This document shows, piece after piece, positions 38,158 through 52,285 of a DNA stretch of 64,000 bases (positions within the stretch are counted from its first letter, which is position 1; each line of letters begins with the position of its first letter). The stretch is from Octopus sinensis (lineage: Eukaryota), in contig NC_042999.1 in the NCBI RefSeq assembly GCF_006345805.1, positions 145,452,001 through 145,516,000 on the forward strand. Direction: 5' to 3'. The notes under the pieces are model-generated. The model ran no database searches, was not told the origin of the DNA, and worked only from the letters and a program-made list of their open reading frames with translations. A program made the position numbers and the translations under genes.

Positions 38158-38479
38158 ATATAATATATATATATATTTATGCATGTGTGTGTGTCGGTAG
38201 GTGTTTACATATATATACATATATATGTATACACACACAGACACACATACACACATACACACACACACATATATATATATATAAACACAAATGTGTTTGC
38301 ATGTATGTGTATGAATATATAAGTTTATTTGAATTGTATCCCTCCTCAAAACTAATATACACAAACACTCACGCCCACATTCCCTTCATAAGAATATTTG
38401 TAAGACTTCCTTTCTTGTTAATGCTTGTGTAGCAATGCCTAACGCTGTTAGGAAAACAATTACAGTGACAGAAGCCATA
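36176..38479 (+). repeat. ~2.3 kb direct duplication, copy 2
   Basis: See 17305-19551. Confidence 0.95.
36811..36891 (+). ncRNA. Hammerhead motif (duplicate of 17941-18022)
   Basis: Same sequence with one A fewer in a stem II internal loop. Confidence 0.75.
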
Positions 38480-38861
38480 CAATATTTAAGAATATGTTTA
38501 GTACATTATTAAAATATAAATCATGAAGTTGTATATATCTCAGTAAAGTTTTGTTAATGAGATTATAAATTTACGCCTTTTCAATCTCATTTTCTGTGAA
38601 GGAATTTTTCCAATTTACTTTTGGTGGTTTCAGACATTGAAGTGTGGCTTAGTTAGATCTGTAGCTTCAAGATTTTGAATTGATATAATATAATCGATTC
38701 AAAATTGCAGATTATTTCATCTAATTTATCAAGTGGTCGAGTTACATTTTAGACACAAAAGGACAGGATTAGACTTGCCGGTTTTTACTGATAAACATAC
38801 AGGCTCTGACATGGACACACACAAACTTACGGTGCACGTAAACACATACACACACATACCT

Positions 38862-38945
<84 letters not shown>

Positions 38946-41900
38946 CACAGGATATGTGCTTGTCTGTGTCTTTGTCATGTCATTAAAACTCGAGATCCAC
39001 CCGACCGATTTTAATGAAATTTTCACCATTAGATTGCAAAGTTATCAGGAATGGTTCTAAGCTTAAAAAATTTTTTTGAAAAACTTGCGTGCGTTTGGGC
39101 AAAAATCGATGAATTTGAATATTTGCAAAAAGGAAGGCAAAAGTTGCACATGGAAAAACTTTTTACAGGAGTAACCGTTCTTCAACTTTTTTATGCAAAA
39201 AATTTGTCATGCTCCGAAGTTTATGTAGGGTGGTTAAACTTTTCAAAACACAGCCGCATTGTACGAAAAACTCGAAATACTGACCATTTCTAGGTGACAT
39301 CATTCTGAGTAATCTGTGTTTTTAACAAAGTCTTTTAAGGTAGGTTTCTCGTCTTATACTTTTCATTTTCTGTCCCCATCTATATGTCCTTTTTCACTGT
39401 CCTCTCTTCCTTCGTATTTCCTACACTAATACTATCAACGCCTTTTTCACATATTTATATCCCCTATCCTTTCTTTCATTTGTATGCTTCATAGCTAATG
39501 CTATCAAGTTCTCTTGATAGCATTAAGTTAGCAATATCTCCATATCTTGTCACCGATATACCCTCACGCTTTAAACATTCCTTACTGTCATTGTTTTCAC
39601 TTGATAATCTTTTATAAGATTATAAACTGGCACTACTCAACTACTTTTTCATGTTCTCCTTCTTATTCAGTCCCTCCTACTTCAATAACTCTCAGGGATG
39701 GTACGTCTTTGAAGAAAGCTTTGTTCGTTTAGGTCTAATCTGAGTATACTGAGGTTAGGGGACCTCAACAACAAGTGAGCTAACGTAAATTAACTCACAA
39801 ATTATTGTACCTCCAGCGCTAACGCTATTAACAACTCTTGCTGATCCTCTTTCGCCTCGCCGTTTTATTAACTATTGTTTTTAGATATCATCCCTTCATA
39901 TGCACATACTGCCAGCTTTGTATAACAAATCGGTGAATTATAGAAATATTTTTCGAGCCTTCTTGAATTATGCAACAGCGTTTATTTATTTCAACTGTTT
40001 ATTTACATTCTTATTCCCCAAGCTGTTCTTTCCATTTCCTAATTAATTTCTGTGTTTACATTTCCATAACTGCTGTTATACAAACAGACACTCAGTCTTC
40101 GCATTTGCAAATGTTTTTGTGTCTTGTTTTTATCTTTCAAATATGCTTATTTCTAAAATCACATTTCTTTAATTTCCCCTAAATTTAATGGCTTTTTCTA
40201 TTAATAATGTCTTGGAATATATTATCCACATTTGCAACGTCTTCTGTTGCCAAGTGCAAGCGTTCACTGATGGCTGTAGAAATAATAGGTGAGCTACAAT
40301 AAATACTGCAAGCTAATTCTAACAGACTAAAAGTGGACGAGAGGCCCATCTTGGACAGACTATTACAACATAAGTTTTAAATAGACAACTGGAAACACTT
40401 GACAGGAAGATCGCGTTGAACAGACGGCTGTCAAATAGGCTACACGTAGATACAACAGTGTGAAGCAAGACAGAAAACTCATGAGTAAGATAAGCAGAGA
40501 TAAGATCTCGACTATAATCACAAAGACCATGAAAGAGAGACGTCCAGCTAAGCTGACATGTCCATGTTCTAATAAAAATATTCCATTGGAATCATGGACC
40601 AAATTGTGACAAGCGTGGGGCTAAGAAACGGAAACAAGAGTAATTAACAATGTTCTATACCAAAACAAACTTTATTCTACCAGCCCTTTCTGATCTGCAA
40701 AATCCCTGAAACGACTCCTAGGTATTATTACAAAAGAATCAAAGTATTTTTTGAAGAATAATAATTTGAGCCAGTATCACTAGAGAAGTGCTCATCTCTT
40801 ATCTTTCACTTATTTCAGTCATTAGACTGCAGCCATGTTGGGGTACCATGTTGAAGAATTTGCATAGAATAAATCAACCCTAGTACTTATTGTCAACATT
40901 TAAACTACTAAGACAAATCTGTCAGATGACGGCAAGTTTCCATTCCACGCCAATTCCATAAATCTTATAAGCTTTACACTAATACTATAAAATTTATCTC
41001 ACATGTGTGTTTACAATATTTACGTATTTAATTATATGCCCAATGTCAGCATAACATGCTGAGTTGTACAAGACAGTACTGTCCTGCTATTTGCTTAACT
41101 TAAACAGTTATTGCCATCAATTCTATCTATAAGCAGGAAGGTGAATTGTACAGCGATTTCCCTCAATTCTATTCATAAGCAGGAAGGTGAATTGTATTGT
41201 AGCAGCTCTCTGTTTACCCTAACAATGTTGGGGTAATCAATATTTTTATTTCTGTATGTGCAAATAGAATAACATGTATTTGCATTAGTTTGACTTTCAC
41301 GGCGTTCGCGTTACAAACTGTTGGCTAACTATATCAAATTTATATTATACACACATGCACTAATACTCTCTCTCTTTCTGTCACACACACACACATACGC
41401 GCGCGCGCGCACAAACACACACATGCGCATGCACACACATGCACATATCGAAGATGGTAAAGAGAATTTTATTAATTGTAGTTAGTGGGCGAAATTAAAG
41501 CTATAACATTTTCATAGAGTTATGAAAACACAAATATCTTATTTTATTGCCATGAAATAACAAATGACAAATCCATCTTTTAGCTATATAGATTGAATAG
41601 AAAAAAGATTCCCGGCTGAAATTCATCGAGAGCAAAATTATTTTACGTACAAACAACTAAGAAAGTAAGCATCAACTAAAAAAAAGAAGAAGTGGGGCTA
41701 ATGGTTGCAATTTTATTCCCGAAAATGTGAATTTTGAACAGATATGTATAAAAGAAGAATGACACCAAGTGTTACAACAAACCGCACAGTTGTTGCTATA
41801 ATGTTACTTCGCAATAAGGCTGACTCTCCATATCTTAATGTTAGTGGTTATAGTATCAGTCACATTAATATGTCTATGTTGAGTTAGAAGAAGGAAGAAT

Positions 41901-42288
41901 ATAATATTTGAAATATATTCTTAATGAAATTGGTTCAGGAAAAAATTATTTTATTTTAAAACATTCCACTACAAGACTAATCACTTTTGACTAGTATTGA
42001 TAAATGACCCACTGATTGGGTTTGACAGTGATTAACGATATTGAGCGTAAATATTTACGACAGAATAATGTCCTCTAATTTAGTCAATTCAGCTGAAAAA
42101 GTAAACAAAGGCCAAACTATCTATAGATGTTATAGTGGTTTGGAAAACAGAAAAAAGAATATCTCTGATCTACGAAATACTACCAGTCATATAGCGATAT
42201 TATCGCGGCCAAACAAACAAATAACGACGCTTTTCAGTGAAATGTAAAATAAAAACAATATTTGGAAATATGTGTAAATTGGTCACTC

Positions 42289-43502
42289 TACGAGGGACGT
42301 TCAATAAGTAATGCCCCTGACCCACTTGCATTTGATTGATCTTGCTGAAATTTTGCATGTTCAATTATTCATATCTCTATAGATTACATGGCGAATTACA
42401 GCTCTGAACTGATTGTGGTTTCTGATTTCCAGGTGTTTGAACTTAGTCAAGTGTGAAATGGAACCTTTAGAGTGTCGAGCAGTGATCCGGTTTTTGTATT
42501 TGAAAGGACGCACACCATGGGAGACTTTTGATGAAATGAAAGTAACTTATGGTGATGATGCCCCATCATATGCTCTCGTAAAACGCTGGCATCGTAAATT
42601 CAAACATGGTCGGAACTCTGTGGAAAAGGCTCCCAGATCTGGTCGCCCCCTTCTGCCATTTTGGAAGATTGGCGCATGACTATTCGCCAAATAGCCCATT
42701 AGGTCAAGATTAGTACCGGGTCTGTGGAAACTATCATTCATGACCCTTTGCATATGCAAAGGTTGTCTTCTAGATGGATTCCCAGGTTGTTCACACCTTT
42801 TCAGAAGCAAGAATGCGTCGAGTGCTCGAGGATGAATTTGGAGATGTGCCAAGAAGATGAGTCAAAGTTTTTGATCCAGAGACCAAAGCCCAGTCAATGC
42901 AAGGGAAGCACCGTGACTCACCTCCTCCAAAGAAGGCAAGGGTGTAGCCCTCCGCTGGCAAGGACATACTCACAGTCTTCTGGGACCAGGATGGAGTAGT
43001 GATGACAGATTTCCTGGCAAAGTGTACCACAATGACAGGAGCCTATTATGCTTCATTTTTGAGGAAAAAGAGAAGTTACCAAAATCAAGAGGCTGGGCAA
43101 GATCAGCAAAGGCATCCTCCTCCTGCAGGACAACGCTCTGGTCCACAACTCGCGTGTCGCCAGATCAGAAGCACAGGCGTGCGGCTATGAACTCCTCCCC
43201 CATCCCCCTACTCTCTTGACCTTGCACCCTCTGATTTTCACCTCTTCCCAGCCATGAAGTTGTTTTTGAAAGGAAAACGTTTCCCAGGTGATGCAGCCTT
43301 GATTTCTGAAGTCACGTCGTGGCTGGAGGACCAAGCTGTGGTCTTCTACAAAAACGGTCTTCAGAGTTGCATCAAACGATGGGAGAAATGCGTAACTCTG
43401 GGTGCTTCATATGTAGGAAAAGACTAATAACTGTGCCAAGTTTCGTTCCTCTACTGCTATGGGAAGTGGGTCAGGGGCATTACTTATTGAACGCCCCTCG
43501 TA
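42289..43502 (+). mobile_element. Near full-length mariner, inactive
   Basis: TA-flanked 37 bp TIRs with one mismatch; MEPLECRAVIRFLYLKG HTH, WIPRL, LQDNA, YSLDLAPSDFHLFP; stops, frameshifts and loss of the TGDE segment. Confidence 0.95.
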
Positions 43503-44698
43503 GAACTGGGCCTAAACATTTCCAAACACCGAGCGTCGACATGCATCCGTGGATCAATTATATATACAGGAGGCAAATAACATCATAAGAGTTGGAAAGT
43601 AACTGCTTAAAAAACGTTCATTGACTGATGAACAGGGATACACATCCAGGGAAGTTACACAATCCTACCACAACAGAAAATCTTTGCTTATAAAAATCTA
43701 ATACATCGTCTTGTTGCCAGAATGCTTCAAATTGACAGTAATATACATAACCTAAGTTATCTTGGACCAAAAGCTGGAATATTTGTTCTTATTTTAAATG
43801 ATATGATTTCGAAATCTAAGAACCGAAAATAATGTTAACATGCTTGATGCGCTCCCCACCACAAAAAAAAAGACAGGTAAACCTTCGAAATAGGAAAACT
43901 AATGCAGTTTGTAAAATTAGCACTGAAAATATCTTCCATCCACGACATAAGCAGCTGTCCGAAACATGTTATTACGATACTATCTACCTACGATGCATGA
44001 TGCCACGACCCAAACCTTTTACAATATTTTCTTGATTTTTCTCGAGGAACGGTAGTCTTGAACATCAAACTGTAAGACGTGACAGTCGTGTGGAAGACAC
44101 GATAAGAAGGAATACTGGTGGCATATTTCTTACGAAATCTTTTCTTTTAATGTGAGTAAAATAGAGAAGAAATAATTGTCTAGAGAGAGAAAAGAAAATG
44201 AGCACTCAATAGTGAATATCATTGTGTTTAGTATAAGGGGAAAAGACGTCTCTGCCAAACAAATAAAGAAGAGCAGTTAACCTGGGCCCAACTATAAATT
44301 TAGATTTATAGAAACTAAATTGGGAAGCTGAGATAAACTAAACCAGAAAGAATACACTAGTTAATTATAACATTACATATACGAACCATTAATGAAACTA
44401 AAAAGTTGATTATCATTCTAAAATTTAGTCCATAACTTTTATTCCATAATAAATATATTTACACGTTCAGATAAAGAAATATTTCTAAATATCAGCATAC
44501 AAAAGACATAACTTAGAAAACTAAACCACTCATGAAATAGCAGTCAAGCATGGAAACGCATACATTCTAATGAATATACATAATCACATGCATCACTTCC
44601 TAATTGATGTCTAAGCTCCAATGAAAATATCTTGTTTTTGGATAAGAAAACGGCTTATTTACATTATTTACATTACAACCACTGCGCCATATGCCTGT

Positions 44699-44769
44699 GG
44701 GCATATGGCGCAGTGGTTAAGAGCGCGGGCTACTAACCCCAAGATTCCGAGTTCTATTCCAGACAGTGA

Positions 44770-44822
<53 letters not shown>

Positions 44823-44940
44823 TCGAAAAATAACTTAGAAATGAGAACCCAGGTTCGAAATTTCCCCAAGACACCTCATAAAGGTATATCAGCCGAAACT
44901 TTGTGTTAGCAACAAAAAAGATGAGGACAGATACTGGACA
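44699..44940 (+). mobile_element. tRNA-headed SINE with (AAT)n linker and hammerhead-like tail
   Basis: A box TGGCGCAGTGG, B-box-like GAGTTCTATTCC, (AAT)n at 44774-44820, degenerate hammerhead at 44870-44907. Confidence 0.65.
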
Positions 44941-45681
44941 AATGTAAATAATATACATAATTCCTCATCTCTTAAATATAAAACTGAAGAAAACAGCTGT
45001 TTTCTATATTGGTGGAACGGTTTGAGGACTATATCAGAAGAGATACCTACCTGCCTGCCTGCCTACACACCTACCTACCTACACTTACATACACACACAT
45101 ACGCACACGTACACACACGTAACACATGCATGCATAATACATACATACACGCACACACATACATGCACATTCACACATATCAATATGCACGTACATACAT
45201 ATGAGCATATACATACATACATTTATACATTCACACTAGCAAGTTTCACTTGTAGCCTGAAGAGTAACAGAAGATAGATTGTTTTCTTACGTCAAGATTT
45301 TAATTATTTCCTCGACTCTTTTTCGAACATGATGATCGGAATTAGTTACAGTAGTATTTCGGGAATTGAGGAAGGAAAAAAAAAAACGCTCTCCCTCGTG
45401 CCATATCTGCAAATTAATCCTTTCAACATAGAAGAAAAGTGAGAAATTGAAAAAGCAACAACATATAAAAATATGCCAGTTGCAACAGCAACAATATAAC
45501 AAGCTGAAAGCGAATAGTAGAAATTATGAGCAAGAAACAAGACGATAAATATGGATCATTTTTTCTGTGTTACATATTAAATAAATTCTATCAAAATGAC
45601 TAAATAAAAGTTAGAACACATAGAGCAGCAGCAACGGCAACAATAACTAGAATTACAATCTGAAGAGCAAAAATAAAGCAA

Positions 45682-46684
45682 AGACTAGTAAAATGAGTAC
45701 AACATTGCGTGGGGGCTTGACAACCTGCGAGTATATTCATCTGAGCTCCACTCAGCAGTACATTTAGCTAAACTCCGCATAGCCAGTAAAACCAGAATTG
45801 GTTCGTATCACAGATATAAGATAGATCTACCTCTGAAAAAGACACTTGTGAATCGCAGAAAAATATTTTTACAAGATTTCTTTTCTTGTGTCGCTAGATA
45901 AAAAACATAATTTTAAATTTTCGAATAAAAGACAAAACCCCGAATCTCTGTTTGCAAGAGAAATCATCGGTCTTCTAATTTGCATTGTATTCAATTGTTT
46001 TGTTTTTATATCACGAAATGCTTTATTTTAACTACTCCCACCTTTTTCACACCTCATGTACTTTACAGTTAGTCGTCTGCATTCTGTAAAAATCTGATAA
46101 AATAAAGCAAAATAAAACCTGATCAATGGATGTTTCCATATATCTGTTTGTATTTTATATTCCTCTGTGAGTTGTATTTTAAATAGATAAAAATATAACA
46201 ATTTTAAGACAGAGTGTACTAAAAGAAAGCAGTAAAATAACTATGTTTATGATAACTGTAATTTGATTTTATAAGATTTTTACCGACTGAAGGCGAGTAA
46301 CTGTAAAGTACATGACATGAGAAAAAGGTGGAGGTGGTTAAAATAAAGCATTTCGTGATATAAAAACAAAAAAATTGAATACAATGCAAATTAGAAGACC
46401 GATGATTTCTCTTGCAAACAGAGATTCGGGGTTTTGTCTTTTATTCGAGAATTAAAAATTGTTTTTATCTACCGACACAAGAAAACAAATCATGTAAAAA
46501 TATTTCTCTGCGATTCACAAGTGTCTTTTTCAGAGGTAGTTCTATCTTGTATCTGTGATACGAACCAATTCTGGTTTTACTGGCTATGTGGAATTCAGCT
46601 AAATGTACTGCTGAGTGGAGTTCAGATGAATATACCCGCAGGTTGTCAAACCCCTACGCAATGTTGTACTCATTTTACTAGTCT
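45682..46684. mobile_element. ~1 kb fold-back/MITE element with ~420-430 bp inverted arms
   Basis: 45682-46112 is the inverted homologue of 46266-46684; ~150 nt spacer; termini AGACTAGT..ACTAGTCT; no ORF. Confidence 0.9.
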
Positions 46685-46763
46685 CATTAAAATGGTGAAG
46701 AATACCATCAAGCAGTAAATAAATACTGTGAACGTTTGTTTCATCAGTTCGAATAAAGGTAAT

Positions 46764-47337
46764 GTGAGCTGGCAGAAACGTTAGCTCGCCGGGCGAAATG
46801 TTTAGCGGTATTTCGTCTGCCGTTACGTTCTGAGTTCAAATTCCGCCGAGGTCGACTTTGCCTTTCATCCTTTCGGGTAATTAAGTGCCAGTTACGCACT
46901 GGGGTCGATGTAATCGACATAATCCGTTTGTCTGTCCCTGTTTGTCCTCTCTGTGTTTAGCCTCTTGTGGGTGGTAAAGAAATAGATATTTCGTCTGCCG
47001 CTATGTTCTGAGTTCAAATTCCACCAAGGTCGACTTTGCCTGTTATCCTTTTGGGTCGATAAAGCAAGTACCAGTTGCGTACTGGGGTCGATCTAATCGA
47101 CTTAATCCGTTTGTTTGTCCCTGTTTGTCCTCTCTGTGTTTAGCCTCTTGTGGGTAGTTAAGAAATAGGTATTTCGTCTGCCGCTATGTTCTGAGTTCAA
47201 ATTCCGGCAAGGTCGACTTTGCCTTTCATCCTTTCGGGGTCGATAAATCAAGTACCAGTTGCGTACTGGGGTCGATCTAATCGACTGACCCCCTCCTCCA
47301 AAATTTCGGGCCTTGTGCCTAGAGTAGAAAAGGATTA
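46764..47337 (+). mobile_element. SINE with internal ~180 bp unit triplicated
   Basis: Units start near 46809, 46987 and 47170 (TATTTCGTCTGCCG..). Confidence 0.88.
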
Positions 47338-47432
47338 TAAAATGAGTCTGTTTGCAGAACTAATTTCTTATTATGTCAGGGAAAAGATGAGTAGCAGCAA
47401 ATTTTTGCGCTTTAAAAAAGCTTACTCACGCG

Positions 47433-47481
<49 letters not shown>

Positions 47482-47492
47482 CACACACACAC

Positions 47493-47534
<42 letters not shown>

Positions 47535-48453
47535 TCAGTAGGCACCGATAAAACTTAATGGAAACCGAAGTAGAATGTTAGCTATCATGAATAAGTGAAA
47601 TAAAAAGGTTAGTGTATGCCAGACTTTCTGCGAATTCCGAATTCGCAGCATTTAATAAAAGGTAAATGTTTAGTTAAGAATATGTCCTTTCCTAGAAGTG
47701 TGGTGGATACGAATATCTAATAGTAATGTTATGTATTACTAGCATGATTTGCTTAAATAAAAAAAAAAATTATAGTTCTTCAAGTGCACAGGAACTCCCC
47801 GGAAAAGAAATTGCCCAACGTTAATGGATATGCATTTGAAGAATTTAGTTACATTATGTAATATCTTTATAATGGAAATGTAGTCTCATAAGCGCCATCT
47901 TAGTGAACAAGGAAAGAGAATTCAGTCCTCTTCTCAAAACAGGTTCCAGCAAGAAATCTGGGTACGTTCAAATATCATTTAAAACATATTGAAAAGTTCC
48001 ATAACATCTTTTCTGCTTCTGCTTGCACAAATATTTGCTTCATAATGCACATATATACAAGCGCACGTAGCCGTACATGCGCATCTACACACACACACAC
48101 ACCACACACACACACACACACACATACATGCACACAAACACGAACATATATCTATATATGCTTGCATTCAAACATGTATCCAGGCATCCAGCTATTCATC
48201 CAATGGCTGTATGGATGGATGCATATTTGAATACAAGCATAGATATATGTACGCGCAGGTGTATGAATGAAACCACCTACCTACCTACCTACGTACCTAC
48301 GTACCTACCTACCGACCTACCCACCTACCTGCCTACCACATTATCTACCTCCTTACTTACATACATACATGCATACATAAATACATAATATCTATCTATT
48401 TGTATGTATGTATGTATGTATGTATGTATGTATGTATGTATGTATGTATGTAT

Positions 48454-48502
<49 letters not shown>

Positions 48503-51129
48503 TAAAAGAAAAGGGGAAAACAAGGCAGGACGAGTATCTCAGGTCTTTTAGAATATTTGATTAGAGTAAGGTGAATAAAAAAATGAAGTAGAAGGAATTG
48601 ATGTCTTACACCTGTTATGGAATATCTCAAGTAATGGGTCAATATCTCCATACACTGGAATTCACAGTATATAGAAGACTAGCTTAAAAGCCGTTCCATC
48701 GAGGGCTCTTCATTGGGCCTTGAGCTCAATAATGACACTTCATGCATTGGGTATATATTAAATTTTATTGTACATGACCAATATTTTTTAAGCAATGATC
48801 AATTACCATCAAAACAATGATATAATATGTCGACTTGGAACTTATTGCAAAGCTGCATGATAAACAACATTTTTTGTCTTCCCATTCAGGGCTCAGTACA
48901 ATTTTTTTTTTCTGTCTAATCTTTTTCTTTCTCTCGCTCTCTCTTTCTGTTGATTGTTTTCAACCATCATCATCACCGGTACCACCATCATTACCACCTC
49001 AACTGCTATACACATACTATTCAGACCTCTGACACCACCACATCCACACCTTTGACTTCGCTGCCTTCCCCTTCACCACCATCACCCTTGTCTTTTACAT
49101 CCCTTACTATCACTGTCATGCTTGACCGCCTCAGCTACCACTATCACCACCACCATCATCACCTCCGCCTCTATCACAACTTCAGCTCATACTATTACTA
49201 TCACCCCATTATCAACTATCAATCTACTACCGCCCTCACTATGCCTATTACTTTCACCCCCAGCAAGAGGAGTAGAAGAAGTGTCGTTGAATAGTGAGAG
49301 AGGGGGTCAAAGTGTGACGCACTGACACAGAAATTCGTTTTGGCACTTATTATTATAGAAGAATAAAAACAAGAATAAAATTCACGGTTCATCTTGTTTC
49401 GAAGAGTATGGAAGTTTATCCGTATGGCCAGGCAATATTTTGAGTGATACATTCAGATTGAAGGAATAGATCAAGTAGCTAGCGCGTAAGAAAAATGATC
49501 CACATGGGTATATAATATAAGAGAGACAGTTAGATAGACCAAGGCACCATGATAGATAGGTTCATCAGAGAGAAAGCCATTAACATATAGATGCCTGTTT
49601 CCATAATAACAAGCCAAGCTGTTATGAAGCTGCTTACCTACGTGTTCATTTTTCGCTTATTGAATGCTTAAATAAGGTATAAGGTGGTCGTGTGATGTGC
49701 TAAGAGCAATAGCTAAAGAGACCTTAAATAGAGGCAGATTTTTTCTTCTGGCTTTTGCATAATCGTATGAATTCTCGTGTGTAGAATACAAATTTGCAAA
49801 AGTCTTCTGAAAATTCCAAAAGATTGAAAAAGTTATGAAGGGTTATATGGCGTGCGTAAAGCAGAATTCCGCCAATACTTCATTTGTTTACAGTTTACAA
49901 GACGTGCTGTCACGCACAAAATGACAGCTTCCAAATCCTGTTTCTGACTGGATAGAAATTATCAAACTTTAAGCCTCTAATTTTTTAATATTTTTTTCTG
50001 CAAAATGTGAATTAGCCCTTGAGATTCAGCGTGGAAAATTACACCAATACGCCAAATTTTAAAATTTTCACAGGTGCAGCCAAACAGATTTAACATTCAA
50101 CATCTGTTTAGGTCGATGTTAAACCTCTGCCACTCGGTTTCGTTTTTAGTTAAAACCATCTACAGATGCAGAAATTGCTGGTAGGGTTCACACGTTTTAG
50201 ATTTTATCTTGTAACACGTTTCATGTAATAAATTTCATTATAAAAAATATTTTTATCTATTTCTAAACACCTTTGGCATTTTCCATTACATACCAGAGAA
50301 ATAAACCATTGATAGTAATGTTACTAGATTAGCTCCAGTTCTCCGTAGTGTAGTTGTTTAAACCAATGCTGTCTGTTGTAGATTCTTGCATGGTAGATTC
50401 ACATTTGAGACGGATATCATTACAATTTTGTCTAATTTGTTATTTCAGATCACTAGAATAGCTAGTTATTTAACATCGTATATTTAATGAATAGTCTCCT
50501 ATGAGAACTCTCTCCAAATATGTACGCGTATGTATGCTTACACGTATCACATTTTCTATAGGCCTACTCATTTAAGCACATCTATGTTAGTGTTTAAGTA
50601 TCTATCATTGCATATATATCAACACAAGAACTCATGAACATATAAAAATGTTGTACAACTATACTAACATAAAATTCGTACCATACAAACTTGTATCTTG
50701 TGAACAGAGATCAGAAATTCCTCTCTCCCTATGTGTAAACTGTCATCATATCCTTACCCTAGTAATGTAAAAGGAACAATCAATAATATTTTATCATCTT
50801 GCCAACAAGAATCAGGTTTGTAATGAACCAGCTAGTTCAACTAGATTTAATTTAGATATAGTAATGTTTTTCTGTCATGTAAAATCTCTTTGAAGTTATA
50901 GCTTGCAAAGATATGTAAATGTAAGCTGTTTTTAGTTTCTTTCTATTCCACACGGAATAAGTTTGAATTTGAAGAAGTGTGAATTTCATTTTCCCACAAA
51001 ATCACTGAAGAATTTGGTTTAGTGAGAAACAAAGGAAATATAAATAAATTTAATATAAAACCTACCAACAAATTCTTTTTAATATCCTTACAACGCATAT
51101 ACGTACTTAATATGCGGTAAGAATAGGCA

Positions 51130-51353
51130 TATATGTATGTTTATATACATACGTACATAAATATATATATATATGTAAATAGGAATATATATACACACAT
51201 ATATAAATATATATATATACATGCATATATATATATATACAGATATATATACATATACATATATACAGATATATATATTATATATATACATATATATATA
51301 TACAGATATATATATATATATATACATACATACATACATATATACATACACAC

Positions 51354-51428
<75 letters not shown>

Positions 51429-51484
51429 CATACATACATACATACATACATATAATATACATACATACATATATATATACATTT

Positions 51485-51517
<33 letters not shown>

Positions 51518-52092
51518 TATATGTATGAATATATATATATATTTATATGTTTTCTTAGCGTGTATGTATATATGTATGTGGTGTGCGTCTATAAGCATGT
51601 GTATCTGAGTGGGTGACTGTGTACTTCATTTCAACTACATTGAATATGATTTACACAGAATATACGAAAATTGCATTTCTTCACCGAATACTAATGTGAC
51701 TGTGCATGAAGAAATAGGTCTGACTACTCTGAGAAAAATCTGTTCAATATACTTTTCACACGTACCTATACAGATTCAAGAGATTCAATCATATATATTT
51801 GAACGTGTTAAATATAAATGTATCCGACTTTATTTGAATCACACCTGCTTAGTTTGTCTTTGATAATAAATAAAATAGTAATAATAATAACGATAATATC
51901 TGTACATATACATACAAAAAGAAACATACATTCATACATACATACAAAAATACATACATGCATATATATATATATATATATAATATACATATACATACAT
52001 ACATACATACATACATACAAACAAACATACATTCATACATACATACAAACATCCATACATGCATACATATATATATATATATACATACATAT
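51130..52092. repeat. Long (TA)n/(TACA)n microsatellite field
   Basis: Directly visible; interrupted by unique sequence at ~51600-51900. Confidence 0.9.
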
Positions 52093-52096
52093 AAAC

Positions 52097-52285
52097 ATAA
52101 TTACAGGTTTATACCTGTAATTATTTGGGCCCTGGGATATGTAACACACTGTTTAAATTCCAATCTTGAGAAATTAGGCTTCTCAAAACCAGAAAGGAGA
52201 AAGCTAATTGGAAGACTACAGATCCAAATCATCACTGGAACTGTAAAAATCTGTAAAACTTTCAAGAAATTTAACATTCAAATAT
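52097..52285 (+). mobile_element. Extreme 3' fragment of an RLE-type LINE
   Basis: IPVIIWALGYVTHCL...LEKLGF....IITGTVKICKTF resembles the IPVIVGALG tail of the element at 28125. Confidence 0.6.

Noticed and set aside
43620-43660. CTGATGA..GGAT-ACAC-ATCC..GAAG
   Set aside because: No GAAA in register and no stem I or III.
44699-44772. Possible tRNA gene (anticodon ACT)
   Set aside because: Acceptor and T stems do not close, the B box is imperfect, and it runs into (AAT)n; treated as a SINE head.
48950-49325. His/Thr/Pro-rich ORFs
   Set aside because: Degenerate (CAC/CAT/TAC)n low-complexity sequence; no domain and no splice context.
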